Below are positions 53,904 through 58,628 of a stretch of DNA of 58,628 bases, in pieces. The notes beneath the pieces are model-generated. The model saw only the letters and a program-made list of their open reading frames with translations. It ran no database searches and had not been told where the DNA came from. The translations under genes were made by a program, and so were the position numbers. Position 1 is the first letter of the stretch, and each line of letters opens with the position of its first letter. Source of the stretch: an uncultured Candidatus Saccharibacteria bacterium (GTDB taxonomy: Bacteria > Patescibacteriota > Minisyncoccia > UBA11713 > 2-01-FULL-45-33); the NCBI GenBank assembly GCA_964367075.1, contig CAYIWH010000001.1:1-58628 (forward strand). The letters run 5' to 3'.

Positions 53904-55181
53904 ATGGAAGACATAACAAAAAAACAATTATTTTTACTTTTATTGTTGGTTAGTATTGTTACCGGCGTATCATCTGGAATTATCGTATATTCGCTTATTT
54001 TTCAAACCTCTCAGCCAATTACGCAGGTTATACAAAATGTTATTGATAAGACTAAAGAATCTCCAAAAGAAGCTCTGCCTCCGGAAGACGTGATCACTCT
54101 TGAAAAAGCGGCTCTCGCGCGTGATACGCTTATTCAAGATATAGCGATACGAGTGTCTCCTGCAGTGATAAGTATAATAGCCACGAAAGATGTTCCTGTT
54201 TTGGAACAATATTTTACCACTCCATTTTCACAAGACGATTTATTTAGTCAATTTTTTCCAGAATTTAATTTACAAGTTCCTCAATTGCGCAATCCGCCAA
54301 CTGGCGGAGGAATTGAAAAAAAACAAGTATCAGCCGGAAGCGGATTTTTAATATCAAAAGATGGATTCATTATAACCAATCGTCATGTTGTTGAAGATAA
54401 AGACGCGGAATATACAGCAATTCTCAATGATGGCAAAAAAATGCCCGCAAAGGTTATCGCGCGCGATCAACTAAAAGACTTTGCCGTACTTAAAGTGGAA
54501 GGAAATGATTTTTTGTTTCTTTCTTTGGGAGATTCTGATTTGGTCAAGCTTGGACAAACTGCGATTGCTATTGGTAATGCGTTGGGTGAGTTTCAAAATA
54601 CAGTTTCAATCGGCATAATTTCTGGACTTCGGAGGACCCTAACTACTTCCGGCGCGGCATCCGGCCCAGAAGAGTTGTCTGGTGTGTTTCAAACAGACGC
54701 GGCAATCAATCCTGGCAATTCCGGAGGCCCGCTGTTAAATTTGAAAGGAGAGGTAATTGGGCTTAATACAGCAATTGCGGAAGGAGCTCAAAATATTGGA
54801 TTTGTTATTCCTATTAACCAAATAAGAAAAAGCCTGGAATCAGTTAAATCTACCGGACGGATTATTTATCCATTTTTGGGTATACGATATTCTATTATTA
54901 CGCCAGAAATAAAAACAAAAAATAATTTGTCAGTTGATTACGGAGTTCTTATTGACAAGGGCGCGCAAGGAGAAGCATCTATTACAACTGGTTCTCCAGC
55001 CGACAAAGCAGAACTTAAAGAAGGCGATATTATTTTAGAATTTGATGGTTCAAAAATTACTATTGATAATCCATTAGATAAGCTGATTCAGTCCAAGAAA
55101 GTTGGAGACAAGATTGTTCTTAAAATTTTAAGAGATGACAAAGGACAAAAAGTGGAAGTAATTTTAGAAGAACGAAAATAG
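53904..55181 (+). CDS. htrA: HtrA/DegP-family serine protease with a PDZ domain
   Basis: An N-terminal TM, GSGFLISKDGFIITNRHVV, DFAVLKV, GNSGGPLLN and a PDZ domain at the C-terminus. Confidence 0.92.
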   Translation: MEDITKKQLFLLLLLVSIVTGVSSGIIVYSLIFQTSQPITQVIQNVIDKTKESPKEALPPEDVITLEKAALARDTLIQDIAIRVSPAVISIIATKDVPVLEQYFTTPFSQDDLFSQFFPEFNLQVPQLRNPPTGGGIEKKQVSAGSGFLISKDGFIITNRHVVEDKDAEYTAILNDGKKMPAKVIARDQLKDFAVLKVEGNDFLFLSLGDSDLVKLGQTAIAIGNALGEFQNTVSIGIISGLRRTLTTSGAASGPEELSGVFQTDAAINPGNSGGPLLNLKGEVIGLNTAIAEGAQNIGFVIPINQIRKSLESVKSTGRIIYPFLGIRYSIITPEIKTKNNLSVDYGVLIDKGAQGEASITTGSPADKAELKEGDIILEFDGSKITIDNPLDKLIQSKKVGDKIVLKILRDDKGQKVEVILEERK

Positions 55182-55225
55182 TTGCAAAATAATAAAAGCT
55201 ATGGTATTATAAACACATTAAATAT

Positions 55226-57898
55226 ATGCCTCCATATTCACAATTTACAATAAAAGCACAGGAAGGCTTAAAAAAAGCCCACGAGCTAGCAATAGAAAGA
55301 GGCGCTTCACAAATTGATGCATTGCATCTTTTATCCGCACTTTTATTGCAAGAGGAGGGTTTAGTGCCGTCTATTTTGGATAAACTGGAAATTGATGATA
55401 CCGGCCTTCTTGACTTAGTTTTAGGGGGGCTTGATGCCTCACTTCGAACAAATATTTTGTCACCATCACATCAAATTTATTTGACTCCAGAGCTCGCACG
55501 CGTGCTAGAGGAAGCGCATAAAGCGGCTGTTTTGCTGAAAGACGATTATATTTCTACCGAACATTTATTTTTAGGCTTATTGGAGGCACCATCTCGAGCA
55601 CGCGACTTACTTACGAGATTTGCTCTTAATAAAGAGACTGTATTGCGAGCGCTAGCAGATCTTCGCGGATCACAACGTGTAACGGATGTTGAGCCGGAAA
55701 ACAAATATCAAGCATTAGAAAAATATGCACGCAATCTTACACGGCTAGCTCGTGAAGATAAATTAGACCCAGTAATAGGACGCGATGAAGAAATTCGTCG
55801 AGTCATGCAGATACTTTCACGGCGCACAAAAAACAACCCTGTGCTTATTGGTGAAGCCGGGGTTGGGAAGACTGCCATTGTTGAGGGATTGGCGCGTCGT
55901 ATAGCATCTGGAGATGTGCCGGAAACGCTCAAAGATAAAGAGCTCATTTCTCTTGATTTAGGATCTCTTATCGCTGGTACCAAATATCGAGGAGAATTTG
56001 AAGAACGACTCAAGGCTGTAATGAAAGAGATGGAGCGCTCTGCTGGGCGCACGCTTCTTTTCATTGATGAATTACATACTCTTGTTGGTGCTGGAGCCGC
56101 TGAAGGCGCAATTGACGCGTCAAATATGTTAAAACCGGCATTGGCGCGTGGAGAATTGCATGCTATCGGCGCTACAACAATTAAAGAATATCAAAAATAT
56201 ATTGAAAAAGATGCGGCGCTTGCGCGCAGATTTCAGCCTGTATTTGTAGAAGAGCCAACGGTTGATGATACAATTTCTATTTTGCGCGGCATAAAAAATA
56301 AATATGAATTGCATCATGGTATTCGTATTACAGATTCGGCAATTGTTTCGGCGGTAAATCTATCTGCCAGATATATCACTGATAGATTTTTACCAGACAA
56401 AGCCATAGATCTTGTTGACGAGGCGGCATCTTCAATTCGTTTGCAGATGGATAGTATGCCAAATGATTTGGAAAGCGCGCATAGGGATATTATGCGACTT
56501 GAAATTGAACGTGAAGCATTAAAAAAAGAAACTGACCAAGATGCCAAACAAAAGCTTAAAAAGATTCAAAAGCAAATTGAGGAATTAAAAGAAGAAACAT
56601 CAGGACTTGAATTGAGGTGGAAAAACGAAAAAAATACCATTTCTTCAATTCGCCAATTTAAAAAAGATCTAGAAATATTGCGTCAAGAATCTGATCTTGC
56701 TGAAAGGCAGAGCGATTTTTCAAAAGTAGCAGAAATACGCTATGGCAGAATTCCTGAAATAGAACGAAAAATTCAAACAGAAGAAAATAGACTACGTAAA
56801 TTACAAGGCAAGGGGCGAATTGTGAAAGAAGAAATTACCGGAGAAGATATAGCTGATATTGTATCTAGATGGACAGGCATACCCGTAACAAGAATGCTTG
56901 AATCGGAAGTAAAAAAATTGTTACGAATGGAACAAGAGCTCGAAACACGTGTTATTGGTCAGCGTGAAGCAATAGAAAAAGTATCTGCGGCGATTCGTCG
57001 TTCACGCGCCGGTATTTCAGATGAAAAACGTCCAATTGGCTCATTTATGTTTTTGGGTACGACCGGCGTAGGAAAAACCGAACTTGCTTTGGCGCTCGCC
57101 GAATTTTTATTTAACGATGAAAAATCATTGATTCGTGTAGATATGTCGGAGTTTATGGAGCGTCATGCTGTTTCCAAATTAATAGGCTCGCCTCCTGGGT
57201 ATGTAGGATATGAAGAAGGCGGCAATCTTACAGAATTGGTTCGTCATAGGCCATACGCCGTGCTTTTATTTGATGAAATTGAAAAAGCGCATCCCGAAGT
57301 ATTTAATATTATGTTACAAATTCTAGATAATGGTTCTCTAACTGATTCAAAAGGAAGACACGTAAATTTCAAGAATACTGTGATAATCATGACATCCAAT
57401 ATTGGAGGCGAATTTATTCGTGAGATGGGGAGTCTCGGTTTTGTAAGCGAAAATGGAAAAGGAAAACGGGAAGAGGAATTAAAATCAAAAATTCGCAGAT
57501 CTTTGGAAGATTATTTTAGGCCCGAATTTTTAAATCGACTCGACGAAGTTATAATTTTTAATCCTTTGGACATGCAAGCGTTAAAGCAAATTGTAAAAAT
57601 TCAATTAACTCGCCTTACTGCTAAAATACTTACTCGAGGAATTACTATAGACATAACATCTGAAGCTGAAGCTGCTATAGCGAAAGATGGATATGATTCT
57701 AACTATGGAGCAAGGCCACTTCGCCGGCTTATTCAAACAAAGATTTTAAATCCTTTGGCGTCAAAAATTATTGCTCACCAAATAAAAAGCGGAGACAGTG
57801 TAAGGGTTGGATTTTCCAAAAATAATATCACAATAGAAACCAGAAAAGACGTGCGCAATAAAAACAAGGAACAAGAAATGGCACACAAGGCACACTAG
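55226..57898 (+). CDS. clpB: ATP-dependent chaperone ClpB
   Basis: A Clp N domain, two AAA+ modules (GEAGVGKT and GTTGVGKT), and a long coiled-coil middle domain. Confidence 0.96.
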   Translation: MPPYSQFTIKAQEGLKKAHELAIERGASQIDALHLLSALLLQEEGLVPSILDKLEIDDTGLLDLVLGGLDASLRTNILSPSHQIYLTPELARVLEEAHKAAVLLKDDYISTEHLFLGLLEAPSRARDLLTRFALNKETVLRALADLRGSQRVTDVEPENKYQALEKYARNLTRLAREDKLDPVIGRDEEIRRVMQILSRRTKNNPVLIGEAGVGKTAIVEGLARRIASGDVPETLKDKELISLDLGSLIAGTKYRGEFEERLKAVMKEMERSAGRTLLFIDELHTLVGAGAAEGAIDASNMLKPALARGELHAIGATTIKEYQKYIEKDAALARRFQPVFVEEPTVDDTISILRGIKNKYELHHGIRITDSAIVSAVNLSARYITDRFLPDKAIDLVDEAASSIRLQMDSMPNDLESAHRDIMRLEIEREALKKETDQDAKQKLKKIQKQIEELKEETSGLELRWKNEKNTISSIRQFKKDLEILRQESDLAERQSDFSKVAEIRYGRIPEIERKIQTEENRLRKLQGKGRIVKEEITGEDIADIVSRWTGIPVTRMLESEVKKLLRMEQELETRVIGQREAIEKVSAAIRRSRAGISDEKRPIGSFMFLGTTGVGKTELALALAEFLFNDEKSLIRVDMSEFMERHAVSKLIGSPPGYVGYEEGGNLTELVRHRPYAVLLFDEIEKAHPEVFNIMLQILDNGSLTDSKGRHVNFKNTVIIMTSNIGGEFIREMGSLGFVSENGKGKREEELKSKIRRSLEDYFRPEFLNRLDEVIIFNPLDMQALKQIVKIQLTRLTAKILTRGITIDITSEAEAAIAKDGYDSNYGARPLRRLIQTKILNPLASKIIAHQIKSGDSVRVGFSKNNITIETRKDVRNKNKEQEMAHKAH

Positions 57899-57934
57899 TA
57901 ATTTAAAACATTTTTATTCTATAAAATACATAGC

Positions 57935-57962
57935 TTGAAAAAACAGCATATTTTTGTATAAT
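57935..57962 (+). promoter_or_regulatory. Sigma70-like promoter upstream of tRNA-Tyr (leader of about 95 nt)
   Basis: TTGAAA, a 16-nt spacer, then TATAAT. Confidence 0.4.
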
Positions 57963-58063
57963 TAGAAAAATCAAGGAAATGCGGAGTTTACCCTCCTTTG
58001 GTGTAAAGACTGTTTTATCACTATTTTGATAAATAAATAAAATACTAGATAATAGAATAATAT

Positions 58064-58151
58064 GCAGGGATGGCAGAGTGGACAATTGCAATGGACTGTA
58101 AATCCATCGCCCGGAAGGGCTCCGAAGGTTCGAATCCTTCTCCCTGCACCA
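58064..58151 (+). tRNA. tRNA-Tyr(GTA), class II long variable arm, CCA encoded
   Basis: GCAGGGA...ATGGA CTGTAAA TCCAT, variable arm GCCC GGAA GGGC, T-arm GAAGG TTCGAAT CCTTC, then TCCCTGC A CCA. Confidence 0.9.
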
Positions 58152-58233
58152 AGATTTTAAAATAGTGAGTAGCGAAAATCCATTCCTGCGCAAAAACAAA
58201 AATTATTATTTAATTTTAGTTTAATTAAATAAT

Positions 58234-58446
58234 ATGAGCAATTCATTTTTAAAAGACAGCCAAGCAGGACAAGAGCGCAAAGTTTTGCCAGCAGACGATT
58301 ATCTTAAATATTTACAAACACTTTCAACAGGAGAAAACGATCGCGAGATAGAACAAACTATTTCTTTTATTCAAAAAATGAGAAAAGAAATGGAAAACGT
58401 CGCTGGCGAAGAAAACGAAAAAGTACACGGCCCATTATTCGTATGA
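58234..58446 (+). CDS. Hypothetical small protein
   Basis: A 70-aa charged ORF with no recognisable domain. Confidence 0.4.
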   Translation: MSNSFLKDSQAGQERKVLPADDYLKYLQTLSTGENDREIEQTISFIQKMRKEMENVAGEENEKVHGPLFV

Positions 58447-58475
58447 GCTGGGAAAATTCGTAGTTTTAGAATTCA

Positions 58476-58628
58476 TTAAATACCAACAGGACTTGTCTGT
58501 GACGGATTTGTTGTTGATTGATTTTGGACACGACGACCAGCATATACTGATCCTAAGATCAAGAATGGAGCGATGAACTGGAAAAATACACTGGAAATAA
58601 GACCAATATCTACTTGAGTAGAAAAAAG
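58476..58628 (-). CDS. C-terminal end of a gene running off the window (partial)
   Basis: An open minus-strand frame from the window edge, ...GLISSVFFQFIAPFLILGSVYAGRRVQNQSTTNPSQTSPVGI*, with a stop at 58476-58478. Confidence 0.3.
   Translation of the reverse strand, partial: LFSTQVDIGLISSVFFQFIAPFLILGSVYAGRRVQNQSTTNPSQTSPVGI

Noticed and set aside
48582-57996. The recurring heptamer TGCGGAG (48582, 53744, 57990, and inverted at 26872), considered as a shared motif.
   Set aside because: Four occurrences of a 7-mer across both strands of 58 kb are close to the chance expectation. Only the longer 23-nt match between 26866 and 53738 is treated as meaningful.
1-58628. Use of an alternative genetic code (UGA recoding, as in some candidate phyla).
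   Set aside because: Conserved genes (tkt, clpB, copA, gap) are uninterrupted under the standard code, and TGA is used as a terminal stop (for example tktC at 29568-29570 and the AbiEii toxin at 31688-31690).

Overview
This is an AT-rich, gene-dense bacterial window with short intergenic regions, a standard genetic code (TGA is used as a stop) and mostly plus-strand genes. The gene content suggests a reduced genome, possibly from the Candidate Phyla Radiation (Patescibacteria). This is an inference, based on a split transketolase, many small membrane proteins and DUF proteins, a giant beta-propeller/CARDB surface protein and no respiratory chain beyond a type II NADH dehydrogenase. Recognisable blocks are: acyP-uppS. 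A DsbA/VKOR/DoxX disulfide module. truB. An RRM RNA-binding protein. trxB. A sugar-phosphate block (gap, rpiB, rpe, split tkt, a PfkB kinase, fba, a 2-hydroxyacid dehydrogenase). A translation block (rplY, prfA, rpmE, rpsB, tsf). A CsoR/CopA metal and thiol-redox island. An Rrf2-NifS-NifU-ferredoxin-SOD-Nfu block. htrA and clpB. There are three tRNA genes, for Asn, Thr and Tyr. The most notable observations are: (1) tRNA-Asn(GUU) is interrupted in its anticodon loop by a 277-nt ORF-less group I intron, preceded by a triplicated promoter/leader-like unit and tRNA-derived debris. (2) A family of small hairpin-forming elements with GC-rich cores and inverted-repeat ends sits in intergenic regions. 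(3) A RayT/IS200-like tyrosine (HUH) transposase is bracketed by copies of a palindrome that also occurs once inside the gene. (4) An AbiEii-type toxin-antitoxin cassette is inserted at the 5' end of fba, leaving a decayed duplicate of the fba N-terminus. (5) An (AG)8 tract sits exactly where two adjacent ORFs change frame. (6) Many genes have a TATAAT-like box 5-9 nt upstream of their ATG, suggesting leaderless mRNAs. I did not find a clearly novel multi-gene defence-type system. The best candidates for uncharacterised biology are the repeat elements, the RNA-like intergenic regions and the cysteine-motif proteins of the metal island. All calls come from reading the sequence and from remembered family signatures; no searches were run.
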